Notes: a model not told the origin generated them from the letters alone. A DNA stretch of 64,000 bases from an uncultured Fibrobacteria bacterium (GCA_963716395.1 OY970309.1:1760001-1824000), one strand, 5' to 3'. Numbered from the stretch's first letter, positions 11,957 to 22,715 are shown. Numbers and translations are program-made.

Positions 11957-13193
11957 CATCGCGCGTCTTGGGGGCGCGCGGCATCCGGCTTTTTTCCGCC
12001 AGTACCGAATAGAGGTTGGCGTGCACTTCGATTCCGCCGTTGTCGAGCACGAGTTGGCGGCCCGGCTTGAACCAGATGTCTTTTTCCAGGCTGGGATCCG
12101 GAATCACGACACAGGCGCGGCTGCCCGCGCATTTGGTTTTGAGAAAGCGCCCGAAACTTTCATACAGCCCGTGCAGCGCCGCCGCGCTTTCTCCCAGGCG
12201 CACTCCGTAAGGAGGGTTGGTCACGATGTAGGCGTCGGGAAAGGGCCCCTCTAGGCGCTGAAAATCTTTCTGCGTCAGTTTGATGGCGCTGGCGAACGGC
12301 GTGCCTTCGAGATTGGCGCGGGAGGCGGCCATGGCGCGCGCGTCGATATCGTAGCCGAACAAAAGGCCCGGCGCCAGGGGCGCAATGGCCGCATCCATTT
12401 CGGTTTTGACTTTTTCCCAGAGGGCGGGCGAGAAGTCGGGCAGGGCCTCGAAGCCTTGCCGCTTGCGAAAAGAGCCGGGAGGCGTTTTGGTGGCCGCCAT
12501 GGCGGCTTCGATGAGAATGGTGCCGCTGCCGCAGAAGAAATCGTAGAGCCGCCCTTCGCCGCGCCAGCCCGCGAAGCGGAGCAAGGCCGCCGCCAGATTT
12601 TCCTTGATGGGTGCTTCCACCGCCTGCTTGCGGTAACCGCGCCGGTGCAGCACACCGTCGGAATAGTAGACGCTGACCGTGGCCTGGTCGCGGCGCAGGA
12701 AAAGATCGAAGCGCACGTCGGGGTCTTCGCGGTCGATGTTGGGGCGCGTGCCGTATTGCGTCCGCAGCGAGTCGACCACGGCGTCTTTGAGTTTCAAGGC
12801 CGCGAACTGGCTATGGGTGATGCCCGAGTCGGAAACCGTGGCCGTCACCTTGAGCGTCTGCTCGGGCTTGAGCACGGCGCTCCAATTGAAGACGGCGGCT
12901 TGTTGATACAATTCGTCGGGATCGCGGCAGGGAAAAGAAGCCAACGGACGTAGCACCCGCGAAGCCAGGCGCGAACCGTAGACCACGCGATAAACCTCTT
13001 CGCGGCTGAGCGGAACGGATACGCCGAGATACTCGGGTTTGGCACCCGCGACGCCCATTTCTTCCAGTTCTTCGCGGAGCAGGGGTTCGAGGTTGCGGGC
13101 GCAACTCACGAAAAAGGTATGGCGCTTTTCGTCGGCCGGCGCTTTGGACTCCGAACCTTTTTCCAGCGTCGCCGAGTCTTTTTTAGACGCCAT
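11946..13193 (-). CDS. THUMP-domain RNA methyltransferase (RlmL/UPF0020-like)
   Basis: LHRRGYR, APIKENLAAALL, DFFCGSGTILIEAA, IVTNPPYGVRL. Confidence 0.88.
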   Translation of the reverse strand: MASKKDSATLEKGSESKAPADEKRHTFFVSCARNLEPLLREELEEMGVAGAKPEYLGVSVPLSREEVYRVVYGSRLASRVLRPLASFPCRDPDELYQQAAVFNWSAVLKPEQTLKVTATVSDSGITHSQFAALKLKDAVVDSLRTQYGTRPNIDREDPDVRFDLFLRRDQATVSVYYSDGVLHRRGYRKQAVEAPIKENLAAALLRFAGWRGEGRLYDFFCGSGTILIEAAMAATKTPPGSFRKRQGFEALPDFSPALWEKVKTEMDAAIAPLAPGLLFGYDIDARAMAASRANLEGTPFASAIKLTQKDFQRLEGPFPDAYIVTNPPYGVRLGESAAALHGLYESFGRFLKTKCAGSRACVVIPDPSLEKDIWFKPGRQLVLDNGGIEVHANLYSVLAEKSRMPRAPKTRDVKA

Positions 13194-13274
13194 GAGGCAA
13201 ACATAAAAACAAACCCCCCTCACGCTTACGCGAGCGGGTTTTGTCAGAGAACGATACGGGAGTGAAAAAGCGGT

Positions 13275-13604
13275 TTAATACATGCCGCGATTGATCGCCT
13301 GGGAACGCGGTTCCCGGGGACGATAACCGCCTTGGGGGCGGGGTCCGCCGCCGTTTCCCTCTTCCCGAGGCCGCGCTTCGCGGGCATTGATGCGGCGTCC
13401 CAGCATTTCGGAGCCGTTCAACCCTTCGATGGCTTTCTTGCCTTCCTCGTCATTCGGCATCTCGACGAAGCCGAAGCCGCGGGACCGTCCGGTCATGCGA
13501 TCCTTGATGATGCGCGCAGACTGCACGGCACCGAACGCGGAAAACGCGTCGCGAAGCGAATCATCCGTAGCGGTATAAGGGATATTGCTGACGTAGATAT
13601 TCAT
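13275..13604 (-). CDS. RRM-domain RNA-binding protein
   Basis: RNP2 IYVSNI and RNP1 RGFGFVEM, with a Gly/Arg-rich tail; ATG 13604 preceded by an A/G-rich RBS-like sequence. Confidence 0.95.
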   Translation of the reverse strand: MNIYVSNIPYTATDDSLRDAFSAFGAVQSARIIKDRMTGRSRGFGFVEMPNDEEGKKAIEGLNGSEMLGRRINAREARPREEGNGGGPRPQGGYRPREPRSQAINRGMY

Positions 13605-13964
13605 GCCTTTTTCCTTGTTGAAAGACCCAGCACTCTGGGGAATTGTCAGAGAGGATTCATCGCGATGCGAGTTATCGAACAACCATCCGAAATACCGAAA
13701 CCAAGGTCTGGTTAAAAATAAATATAACCCCCGGCCGAACTTTTATTGTGGGGATTTTTTGTGTTTTTCATCCCAAATTCAACTGAAATTGGTTCAGTGG
13801 TGAGTATAAGTATAAAGTCGAGGGCATTCGGCGAGCCGAAATTGAATATCCATCCCGATGCAGAACCCCGGCTTTGCCGTGGGTGGGTGACCCGAAAATC
13901 CGGCGTCGTCGACAAGGTTCATGCGTCGAAAGCGACGGGCGCCCATGCTATATTTGCCAGCCCT

Positions 13965-14041
13965 GGACGCTTAGCTCAGCTGGTTAGAGTACATGGTTCA
14001 CATCCATGGGGTCAGTGGTTCAAGTCCACTAGCGTCCACCA
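13965..14041 (+). tRNA. tRNA-Val (anticodon CAC)
   Basis: Acceptor stem GGACGCT/AGCGTCC, D-arm AGCTCAGCTGGTTAGAG, anticodon stem CATGG-TTCACAT-CCATG, T-loop GTTCAAGTC, encoded CCA; 77 nt. Confidence 0.96.
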
Positions 14042-14117
14042 ACTTTTCCATTACTTCTGATTTTACCCTTCGGGGGGTTCCCTTGTTTTATCGGTGTAAG
14101 AATGGCAAAATGCTGCC

Positions 14118-15050
14118 GTGGCCCTGCGCATTTCCCAATTCGGTTCGGCTCAAGCAACCCCCGCGATGCCGGATAAACCACCCGTCGTCAAGGCTCCGGT
14201 GAACCATTGCCCGCCGGCCGCCGTTGCCGGCGGCCCGCCGCTGCCGGGATTGCTCATCTCGGGACCTTGCCGCCAAGAGCAGATGGAAAGCAAGGAGTTT
14301 CTGGAATGGCGATTTCGCCTGCACGGCGGAAAATACAGTCTGATCGTCCATCGCAAGCATTGGGAGTGGTGCTTCATCTGCCAGGCCCTGGCGGAACGGG
14401 GAATGCTGAAACCCGGAAGCCGCGGACTGGGTTTCGCGGTGGGCAAAGAACCTTTGGCGGCACTGTTCGCCAGTCTGGGGTGCGAAATATTGGCCACCGA
14501 TCTCGATACCGAAGCGGCCACGCAAAGCGGCTGGGTGCAGAGCAACCAGCATTCCAAGTCAAGCCTCGACGAGATGAACAAGCTCGGTCTGTGCGAACCC
14601 GAAGCGTTTCACCGCTTGGTGTCCTACCGCGACGTCGACATGCGCCGCATCCCCGGAGATCTCCGGGGATTCGATTTCATCTGGTCTTCCTGCTCTATGG
14701 AGCATTTGGGTTCGCTGGCCGAGGGCGAGCGCTTCGTGGTCGAATCGCTCCGGTGTCTCAAACCCGGAGGCGTGGCCGTCCACACCACCGAGTTCAACGT
14801 GAATTCGAACGATGCCACCCAGGATCATCAGGGCGTCGTGTTGTACCGCCGGCGAGACATCGAATCCATGGCCGTGCGCTTGCGGGGCGAGGGCCATGCC
14901 ATCGAGGCGGACTTCACCCTGGGGAACAAAACCTGCGACTTGGTCGTGCAGCAACCGCCCTACCGCCATGACATCCACCTGCGCATTCAGATCGGCCCGT
15001 TCGTAGCCACGTCTTACGGCATCATCGTCGTCAAAGCCGAATCCCGTTAG
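14118..15050 (+). CDS. Class I SAM-dependent methyltransferase (start uncertain)
   Basis: HRKHWEW, GLGFAVGKEPL, FDFIWSSCSMEHLGS, LKPGGVAVHTTEFN. Confidence 0.8.
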   Translation: MALRISQFGSAQATPAMPDKPPVVKAPVNHCPPAAVAGGPPLPGLLISGPCRQEQMESKEFLEWRFRLHGGKYSLIVHRKHWEWCFICQALAERGMLKPGSRGLGFAVGKEPLAALFASLGCEILATDLDTEAATQSGWVQSNQHSKSSLDEMNKLGLCEPEAFHRLVSYRDVDMRRIPGDLRGFDFIWSSCSMEHLGSLAEGERFVVESLRCLKPGGVAVHTTEFNVNSNDATQDHQGVVLYRRRDIESMAVRLRGEGHAIEADFTLGNKTCDLVVQQPPYRHDIHLRIQIGPFVATSYGIIVVKAESR

Positions 15051-15085
15051 CCCCCTCCGCCGCCCCGGTACTCCGCGGCAGCCGA

Positions 15086-15100
15086 TCCGCCGCAGGCGGA
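15086..15100. repeat. Palindrome TCCGCC-N3-GGCGGA, copy 1
   Basis: TCCGCC GCA GGCGGA between convergent stop codons; the same arms occur at 31641 and 44826. Confidence 0.7.
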
Positions 15101-15101
15101 T

Positions 15102-16502
15102 TCATTCACAGCGGAATTTGGTGCTGCCGGCGGGGATTTCCTCGGGGTATTTGCCGTCGAAACAGGCCGCGCAATATTGATCCGCGCCGTGGGGCATCAC
15201 CTCGAGTAGGCCCTTGATACTGAGGTATTCCAGGGTATCGGCCCCCAGTAACTTGCGGGTTTCTTCGACCGTGAGATTGCTGGCGATGAGTTCGGTTTTC
15301 GAGGGGAAGTCCATGCCGTAAAAGCAGGGATGGGCTACGGGCGGCGAGCTGATGCGGATGTGCACTTCCTCGGCGCCGGCGTCGCGCAGCATTTTGGTCA
15401 GCGACTTCAGCGTGGTGCCGCGCACGATGGAGTCGTCGACCAGCACCACGCGTTTGCCGCGCACCACGCCCGCGATGGTGTTGAATTTGAGTTTGACCTT
15501 CTGTTCGCGCAGGTTCTGCGACGGGTCGATGAAGGTGCGCCCCACGTAATGGTTGCGGAGAAAGCCGATGTCGAACGGCAGGCCCGCTTCCTGGGCATAC
15601 CCGATGGCGGCCGTGTTGCTCGAATCGGGAACCGCGATCACGAGGTCTCCGGCCGCCGGTTTTTCCCGGGCCAGTTGGGTGCCGATGCGGCGGCGGATTT
15701 TATCGCAGCTCTCCTCGAAAATGCGCGAGTCGGGCCGCGAGAAATAGATGAACTCGAACACACAATGGGCCCGCTGCGGTTTCTCCGCCATGATTTTCGA
15801 GTCGAGGCCGTTGCCGTCGATGCGGCACAGTTCGCCCGGGCGAATGTCGCGCACGTAGTCGGCGCCGAGCAAATCCAGGGCGCAGGTTTCCGAAGCCACC
15901 ACCCAGGTTTTGTCCAGGCGGCCCAGGCACAGGGGCCGGAAGCCGTAAGCGTCGCGCGCCACGTATACTTCGTTGCGCGTCAGAAACACCAGGCAGTACG
16001 AGCCGGTCAATTGCGCCAGCGATTCGGCAATCGCTTCGGGTAAAGTGGGTTTTTGCGAGCGGGCGATCAGATGCAGGATGACTTCGGTATCGGAGGTGCT
16101 TTGGAAAATGTGCCCCTGCTCCTCCATGGACCGGCGGATCTCCGGTGCGTTGACGATGTTGCCGTTGTGGGCCACGGCGATGGGCCCGCGCTTGGTGGAG
16201 ACCAGCATGGGCTGGGCATTGACGAGGTTGCTGCGCCCCGCGGTGGAATAGCGCACGTGGCCGATGGCGGCCACGCCCTCGATGGCCTCCACCAACTTCT
16301 CTTCGCGGATCAACTCGGTGACCAGCCCCATGCGCTTGATGAGCTGGATGTCGTTTCCGTCAGTGGCGGCCAAACCCACGCTTTCCTGGCCGCGATGTTG
16401 CAGCGAGTAAAGCCCCATCAACACCCGGCGCGCGACTTCCGGTCCCCCGAAAATCCCCATCACACCGCATTCTTCCCCGAAACCTTCCGCCGCTGCACCC
16501 AT
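15102..16502 (-). CDS. purF: Amidophosphoribosyltransferase
   Basis: Propeptide then EECGV, LQHRGQES, GHVRYSTAG, HNGN, CVFEFIYFSRPDS, VLVDDSIVRGTT, YCAACF. Confidence 0.97.
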   Translation of the reverse strand: MGAAAEGFGEECGVMGIFGGPEVARRVLMGLYSLQHRGQESVGLAATDGNDIQLIKRMGLVTELIREEKLVEAIEGVAAIGHVRYSTAGRSNLVNAQPMLVSTKRGPIAVAHNGNIVNAPEIRRSMEEQGHIFQSTSDTEVILHLIARSQKPTLPEAIAESLAQLTGSYCLVFLTRNEVYVARDAYGFRPLCLGRLDKTWVVASETCALDLLGADYVRDIRPGELCRIDGNGLDSKIMAEKPQRAHCVFEFIYFSRPDSRIFEESCDKIRRRIGTQLAREKPAAGDLVIAVPDSSNTAAIGYAQEAGLPFDIGFLRNHYVGRTFIDPSQNLREQKVKLKFNTIAGVVRGKRVVLVDDSIVRGTTLKSLTKMLRDAGAEEVHIRISSPPVAHPCFYGMDFPSKTELIASNLTVEETRKLLGADTLEYLSIKGLLEVMPHGADQYCAACFDGKYPEEIPAGSTKFRCE

Positions 16503-16619
16503 AGACCAAGAAATATAACCGGGCGTGGATCGCGAAAATTAAAAGTTGCGGCTGAATCCCTCGGAACCGAAAACCGAGCCGGGGAAAGTCTGATCCCGCC
16601 TCCGGGGCTGGACGCGGAA

Positions 16620-17234
16620 GGAGGGTTTATTGCACCGGAAGGACGAACGAGTCGTTATTATCAAGGAAATTGGTACTCCGACAACATGGGAAATCACTGC
16701 ACCAACGCCCAGTTTCACGACCTCAAGTATGATTCCAGTACGATTTCCGGTAAGGCCCTGAACTCCAGCAACGCCATTTGGCCGGGAAGAAACGTTTGGC
16801 AGTATTCCCTGTCGCGCGTACTGGATTCCACCTCGATGACCTTTTTGGGTCCGCAGCCGTCCCGATACCGCTTGGGATTCCGTCCTCAGTTTCACCCGGT
16901 TGCATCTGAGACTCGCTTCCAGCAATTCGAACCTCAATGGAGCGACTCCGATTTCTTCCGGATACATCGCCATTCAAGTGGAAGGCACCTCGACGGAGTT
17001 CGCCAAAATCGAATTGTTGAATTTGGTCGGTTGCATGGACAAAAACGACACCGCGTCCTGGCCGGCAGTGAAATCCTGAAAGTGAACGCCTACGATCTAA
17101 AAGGCGTTCGGGTGGCATCGTTTCCGGGCACGGGGCAAACTTTGCTGGATATTGCCGCGTTGAAGCCGGGGCTGTATAATCTGCAGGTGGAAACGCGCCA
17201 AGGAACCGCGCAGGCCGTTTACTCCAAGTTGTAA
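16620..17234 (+). pseudogene. Probable remnant of a secreted protein retaining a T9SS-like C-terminal domain (5' boundary approximate)
   Basis: C-terminus VNAYDLKGVRV...DIAALKPGLYNLQV is CTD-like; no signal peptide or convincing start, and the upstream part of the ORF is antisense to purF. Confidence 0.45.
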
Positions 17235-17304
17235 AATCCCCAGACAAAATCGGACGGTGGAATACCTCCCGGCCCGGGGGGTATACTAAGGCGAACCCGA
17301 CGCC

Positions 17305-18261
17305 ATGCACGCCACTTTGTCCCATCCCGTCCCGACTTCTTCGGATTGTGAATTCCACGGCGTTTCCCGGGTATTTGCCATCGGCGATTTGCATGGCAAT
17401 TATCCCGGCTTCTGCGCCATTCTTCGCGGCTGCGGGCTCATCGACGGCGACGACCATTGGATGGGCGGCGACAGCCACGTGGTGCAATTGGGCGATGTCT
17501 TCGGCCGCGGCGGGGAGCCGGGAAAAGTCCTCAACCTGATCAAAATCCTCGATGCGGAAGCTTCGGCCGTCGGCGGCCGGGTGCATATGTTGCTCGGCAA
17601 CCACGAAATCCTGACTTTGCGGGGGAGCATTTTGTACAACACCCCGGAGGAATTCGCCGACTTTGCGCGCGCCGGAGCCTTGCCGGCTTTCGACGAAGAG
17701 AGTTCGCCGGAAATCGACGCGGGTGTGCCGGAAAAACTGCGGCGACGCTTGCGCGCGTTGGGTTGCTGGGAGTTTTGCCGCGCCCTGTTGCCCGGCCATC
17801 CGGTGGGGTGCTGGCTGCGTGCGCGCCCGTCGGTATTGGTTATCAACGACTCGCTGTTCGTGCATGGGGGGTTGGATCCCGTCTTCGGAATCGAGGCCAT
17901 CGAGGCCATCAACGCGCAGGTGCGACGCGAGATATTTTCCTCACCCGATTGGACTCCCGTGCGTTCGCTACTGGGCTCCGACGGGCCGCAATGGCACCGC
18001 GACTATGTGTTGCGGCCCGATGGGGAGCGCGCCGAAGCCCTGGATCGCGTATTGACCCGTCACGGCTGCCGGCGCATGGTGGTGGGGCACACTCCCACCG
18101 CCCATCTGGGGCGGGCGGGAAAAGTGACGCCCCTTTACGGAGGCCGGCTCGTTTGCGTCGACACCGGCATCGGCCGCATGCACGGCGCGCGCTTGTCGGC
18201 GTTGTGTCTGGAGGGTGGCGCCGTCACGCCGGTCTATCCGCAAGCTGAAGTTCTATATTAG
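17305..18261 (+). CDS. Metallophosphoesterase (PPP family, Shewanella-like phosphatase type)
   Basis: GDLHG, GDVFGRG, LGNHE, VHGG, VVGHTP, VDTG. Confidence 0.9.
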   Translation: MHATLSHPVPTSSDCEFHGVSRVFAIGDLHGNYPGFCAILRGCGLIDGDDHWMGGDSHVVQLGDVFGRGGEPGKVLNLIKILDAEASAVGGRVHMLLGNHEILTLRGSILYNTPEEFADFARAGALPAFDEESSPEIDAGVPEKLRRRLRALGCWEFCRALLPGHPVGCWLRARPSVLVINDSLFVHGGLDPVFGIEAIEAINAQVRREIFSSPDWTPVRSLLGSDGPQWHRDYVLRPDGERAEALDRVLTRHGCRRMVVGHTPTAHLGRAGKVTPLYGGRLVCVDTGIGRMHGARLSALCLEGGAVTPVYPQAEVLY

Positions 18262-18305
18262 CTGCAGCCGGCAACCCCGAAGGCGAATCCGGCCCCCGAG
18301 GATTC

Positions 18306-18620
18306 ATGGTCGCACCCAATGGCGAATTCGAAGAGCGGAATCCGCAGTCGATCAACATCGAACTGCCCGAAGCCGTGGCCGAAGGCATTTATTCCAACCT
18401 TTTCCTGGTGGCGCATAGCGCGTCGGAATTCGTACTCGACTTCGCGCGCATTCTGCCCGGTCCGCCCAAGGGCAAGGTGCAGGCCCGCATCGTCATGACG
18501 CCGGCCCATGCCAAATCGCTGGTGGCCACCTTGCAGGAAAATCTTTCGCGCTATGAGCGCAATTTCGGACCGGTGCCGCCCTTTGGAGCACCGGGAACTC
18601 CGCCTGGCGAGGATTTTTGA
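18306..18620 (+). CDS. DUF3467 domain protein
   Basis: AEGIYSN...HSASEFVLDF...ARIVMTPAHAK...YERNFG. Confidence 0.88.
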   Translation: MVAPNGEFEERNPQSINIELPEAVAEGIYSNLFLVAHSASEFVLDFARILPGPPKGKVQARIVMTPAHAKSLVATLQENLSRYERNFGPVPPFGAPGTPPGEDF

Positions 18621-18753
18621 TCGCTGCAGCGCGGCGGATCGAGCCTCTTCACACTGGCACCCGGAATCCGGCGATGACGCATCGGCCCTGCGCAATTGAA
18701 CCGGGTCTTTCCTTTTGCAAATCGAACTTTGATCTCGGCAAATTGAACTGTCA

Positions 18754-19353
18754 ATGAACCTGCTTTGTCTCGACATGGAAGGCGTATTGACGCCGGAGAT
18801 CTGGCATCATGTGCGCGATCGCTCCGGCATCGCCGAACTCGGACTCACCACCCGCGATGTCAAGGATTACCGCGAGCTCATGGATCGCCGCGTGGAGATT
18901 TGCGCGCAACGGGGCATGACGCTGGAGCGCATTCAGGCCCTGATCGCCGAATTGGATCCGCTGCCCGGGGCGCGGGAATTTCTCGACTGGGTGCGGGACC
19001 GCTATCCGGTCTTCATCCTCTCCGACACCTTTTACGAATTCGCCGCGCCGCTGTTGCGCAAATTGGGCCTTCCCACCTTGCTATGCCATCACATCGCCTA
19101 TGATGAAGTCTCGGGCCGCCTCCGCTACACCCTGCGCCAGGACGCGGCCAAACAAAAGGCGGTCGAAGCCCTGCGCGGCCTGAATTTTCGGGTGGCGGCG
19201 GTGGGCGACTCGTACAACGACCTAGCCATGCTGCGCGCCGCCGACCGGGGCGCCCTCTTTCGCGCGCCCGCGACCATCGTGCGCGAATTCCCCGAATACC
19301 CGAGTTTCAGCGATTACGCCGACCTGCGGGCGTTTCTGAGCCGGGAATTCTAG
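18754..19353 (+). CDS. thrH: Phosphoserine phosphatase / homoserine phosphotransferase
   Basis: CLDMEGVLTPEIW, LTTRD, ILSDTFYEF, GDSYNDLAML. Confidence 0.92.
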   Translation: MNLLCLDMEGVLTPEIWHHVRDRSGIAELGLTTRDVKDYRELMDRRVEICAQRGMTLERIQALIAELDPLPGAREFLDWVRDRYPVFILSDTFYEFAAPLLRKLGLPTLLCHHIAYDEVSGRLRYTLRQDAAKQKAVEALRGLNFRVAAVGDSYNDLAMLRAADRGALFRAPATIVREFPEYPSFSDYADLRAFLSREF

Positions 19354-19561
19354 CCCCCATCTCCGGCGACCGTGGACCGACGATCCACCCGTGATATTGG
19401 TCGATAATCCGGCCGCCCGGCGGGCAACGCGCAACACCGGGTTGAATTAACAGCTCGCGACAGGCTGGAGAACCGGATACGCCCGCTACGTCAGAGGCCG
19501 GTCCCTGAGGCTGGAAGCCCAGCAAACTGCAACGGTGAATATCAGGCGTCGGCCGCCTGCG

Positions 19562-20227
19562 TCACGAGCCGGTCCCTGCCGAAGGGCCGGCCGTACCCAT
19601 GCGACAGCGGAACCAGGCCGCGATGTCGCGCAGCTCTTCGGGCAACAAAGTGTGATCTTTGTCATAGGCCTTGAATTCCAGTTGCAATCCGAGTTCCTGC
19701 AATCGCTGGAATTGGCGCGCGGAGGGCTCGAACGGGACGACGGCATCGAAACGGCCATGCGTGGCCAGAAAATGCTGGGCGCGCGCCGCCGCGGAAAATT
19801 GTTCCGGGTATTCCTCTTCGAAGGCCACATAACCCGAGACCGCGCAGACCCCGCCCAAGCCGGCTTCGTAACGCAGACCGCAATCGATGGCCATGAGCGC
19901 GCCCTGGCTGAAGCCGAACAGATAGACGTCGGCGGGCGCCACGCCCTGGGCGGAAAGCTCTTCCAGCAATTGCCGCAGCAGCCCACGACTGCGCAGCACG
20001 CCGGGCTCGGGATCGCCGAGAAAATCGAACCAACTGTAACCGCCGTAATACGGGTCGGGGGCGTCGAGCAGCAGATACGCACAGGGGTCCAGGCCCAGGG
20101 TTTCGGGCAAAAAGGCAAACCCCTCCCCCGAATCGCCCAGGCCGTGCAGGACGATCATGGTTTTGGCGCCCGGTCCCGGGCGGCGGGCGGGCACGAAGCG
20201 GTGCCGGAACAGGCGGGTCGAAAGCAT
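19562..20227 (-). CDS. Alpha/beta hydrolase (phospholipase/carboxylesterase family)
   Basis: LHGLGD, GFSQGA nucleophile elbow, HGRFDAVVP, C-terminal His; start placed at ATG 20227. Confidence 0.88.
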   Translation of the reverse strand: MLSTRLFRHRFVPARRPGPGAKTMIVLHGLGDSGEGFAFLPETLGLDPCAYLLLDAPDPYYGGYSWFDFLGDPEPGVLRSRGLLRQLLEELSAQGVAPADVYLFGFSQGALMAIDCGLRYEAGLGGVCAVSGYVAFEEEYPEQFSAAARAQHFLATHGRFDAVVPFEPSARQFQRLQELGLQLEFKAYDKDHTLLPEELRDIAAWFRCRMGTAGPSAGTGS

Positions 20228-20258
20228 GGCCTGCAAAGGTAGGCTCTGCGAACGGATT

Positions 20259-21485
20259 TCAATCCGCGACCGGTGAGACTTTGGATGCGCGCCGCGCCAG
20301 CAGTTGCAAAAAAACGAATCCCACGGTGCCGGCGGTACATGAGGCGCACAACACGGTGAGTTTGGCTCCGTCCAAGGGTTCGGGGGCATCCAGCCCCAGA
20401 CCGGCGATGAAAATCGACATGGTGAAGCCGATGCCGCCCAGAATCCCGGCGCCGAACATCTGAATCCAGGAGACGCCCCGCGGCAAGGCCCCCAGTTTGA
20501 TGCGCGTGGCCAACCAGGAAAACAAGGTGATGCCTGCGGGCTTGCCGAGGCACAGGCCCACCCAGATGCCCCAGCCCAAGGGCTCGGTCAGCACGTGCAG
20601 GGTATCCAACGACAGGTTCACGCCGGCATTCACCAAAGCGAACAACGGCAAAATACCGAAGCTCACATAGGGGGTGAGCAACCGTTCCCACCGTTGCAGC
20701 AAAGGCTCGCCCCCGGTTTCGGAGCGGTGCGGAATGCAAAAGGCGAGCAGCACGCCGGCCAAAGCGGCATGCACGCCCGAGCGCAGCATGGCGGCCCATA
20801 ACAGCAGGCCGCCGACCACATAGGGGAGCGCGCGTTCGACCCGCAAGCGTTGCAGCAAGGACAAAATCACCACCAGCAGCAGGGCCGCCATCAAAGCCGG
20901 AACGTCGGGAGGTTGGGAATAAAAAAAGGCGATGACCAGAATGGCGCCGATGTCGTCGATGATGGCCAGCGCGACCAGAAACACCTTGAGGCCGGTGGGA
21001 ATGCGTTTTCCCAGCAGGGAGAGAATGCCGACCGCGAAGGCGATGTCGGTGGCCATGGGAATGCCCCATCCCGCGGCGCCGGGCGCGCCATGGGTGAGTC
21101 CGATAAAAATGCAGGCCGGCAGCAGCATGCCGCCCAAGGCTCCGGCGATGGGGAGCGCGGCTTGCCGGAACGAGGCCAGTTCGCCTCCCAAAAGTTCGCG
21201 CTTGATTTCAAGGCCTGCAAGCAAAAAGAACACGGTCATCAAGCCGTCGTTCACCGCCCCCTCCACCGTGGGTAACGGAAGGCCGGGCAACCAGGCGCCG
21301 CCGAGGTGGAAGGCTTTGCCCGCCTCGTAAAAATCGGACCAGGGGGAATTGGCCCAGAGCAGAGCCCCGGCGGTGGCTGCAAGCAGAAGGATGCCGGAAG
21401 CGCTTTCGAACTGGGCGAACCGCTGAAAGGGTCCGCGCACCAGGGCGGAGAATTTGAATTCGAGGGCGGATTTGGAAGGCTTCAC
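20259..21485 (-). CDS. nhaA: Na+/H+ antiporter NhaA
   Basis: NDGLMTVFF, GLEIKRE, GWGIPMATDIAF, LAIIDD, GIGFTMSIFI. Confidence 0.96.
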   Translation of the reverse strand: MKPSKSALEFKFSALVRGPFQRFAQFESASGILLLAATAGALLWANSPWSDFYEAGKAFHLGGAWLPGLPLPTVEGAVNDGLMTVFFLLAGLEIKRELLGGELASFRQAALPIAGALGGMLLPACIFIGLTHGAPGAAGWGIPMATDIAFAVGILSLLGKRIPTGLKVFLVALAIIDDIGAILVIAFFYSQPPDVPALMAALLLVVILSLLQRLRVERALPYVVGGLLLWAAMLRSGVHAALAGVLLAFCIPHRSETGGEPLLQRWERLLTPYVSFGILPLFALVNAGVNLSLDTLHVLTEPLGWGIWVGLCLGKPAGITLFSWLATRIKLGALPRGVSWIQMFGAGILGGIGFTMSIFIAGLGLDAPEPLDGAKLTVLCASCTAGTVGFVFLQLLARRASKVSPVAD

Positions 21486-21522
21486 CTGCGGGATTATAAC
21501 AACCCGAAGAAGTGTGTCCGGA

Positions 21523-22434
21523 TTACATCGCCTGCAGACGGGCGATGCGTTTTTCCAGCGGAGGGTGGGTGGCCATAAGCGAAAGCAGACCGCCCTGCCG
21601 GCCCGAGATTTTCAATGTGGCCATCGAGGCGCTGCCGGTTTGCGATGCGGGTACGCGTCCGTATACGCGCTGCAATTCCTGCAGGGCCGAAATCATTTTG
21701 TCCCGGCCCGCCACTTCGGCGCCGCCGTGATCGGCGCGGAACTCGCGCCAGCGCGAGAAGGCCGCCACTACCATGAATCCGAACAGGCCGAACACGATTT
21801 CCAGCACGCTGATGAGGAGGTAGTTCGCCCAGAATCCGCCGAAGATCGAGGGGCGTTCATCGTCGCTGCGGCCCCGCATCGCCGAGTTGAGGGCCAGCGC
21901 CACCACCCGCGCGAAGAACATGACGAAGGCGTTGATCACGCCCTGGATCAAAGTCATCGTGACCATGTCGCCATTGGCGACGTGGGTCAGCTCGTGGCCG
22001 AGCACGCCTTCGAGTTGATCGCGATCCATGCGCGACAACAGGCCGGTGGAGACGGCCACCAAGGCGCTGCGGCGCGAAGGACCGGTGGCGAAGGCATTCA
22101 CTTCGGGGCTGTCGTACACCCCGACCTCGGGCATGGCGGGCAGCTTGGCCTTCTGCGCCAGGTCATGCACCAGCGCCACCAGATCGCGGAACTCGCCGGG
22201 TTGCCGCGTATCGATGATCCTTACCCCCATCATCCATTTGGCCATCAATTTGGAGAGACCCAGGGAAATGAAGGCGCCGCCCATCCCCCACACCAGACAG
22301 AACACGAACATGGAGCCATAGTTGATTCCGTTGGTGGTGAGATAGCGGTCGAGGCCGAGAATGCGCAGCACCAGGCTGATGGTGACGATCACTAGGATGT
22401 TGGTGAGAAAGAAAAGCGCAACGCGTTTGAACAT
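21523..22434 (-). CDS. htpX: Membrane zinc protease HtpX
   Basis: NAFATG, HELTHVANGDMVT, FSRWREFRAD, THPPLEKRI. Confidence 0.95.
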   Translation of the reverse strand: MFKRVALFFLTNILVIVTISLVLRILGLDRYLTTNGINYGSMFVFCLVWGMGGAFISLGLSKLMAKWMMGVRIIDTRQPGEFRDLVALVHDLAQKAKLPAMPEVGVYDSPEVNAFATGPSRRSALVAVSTGLLSRMDRDQLEGVLGHELTHVANGDMVTMTLIQGVINAFVMFFARVVALALNSAMRGRSDDERPSIFGGFWANYLLISVLEIVFGLFGFMVVAAFSRWREFRADHGGAEVAGRDKMISALQELQRVYGRVPASQTGSASMATLKISGRQGGLLSLMATHPPLEKRIARLQAM

Positions 22435-22715
22435 GGCCGTGGCTCCGTTTTTGGTCTAGCAGGAAGGTATTATTTTCGCCCTTGGCCGCCCCACCGGCGC
22501 GGCTCGCGGGCCGGCCCCGCGACGTGGCGATTCGATTTCAAAAAAGCGTGACAATTCCGTGCACTTTAGAAAAACCGGACGGAAGGCCATGGCAATCTGG
22601 AACAGCGGCAGGGATCCGGGAGCCCGGGCGGGTCGTCTCGCACGCAGGGTCTTCGATCGCCTCGGGAACCAAACCCGGGCCTCGTCGGTATTGTCAGAAT
22701 GATTCTGCGGCGTGA

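Noticed and set aside
13965-15050. Genomic island integrated at tRNA-Val
   Set aside because: No integrase, and I found no repeat of the tRNA 3' end in the window.
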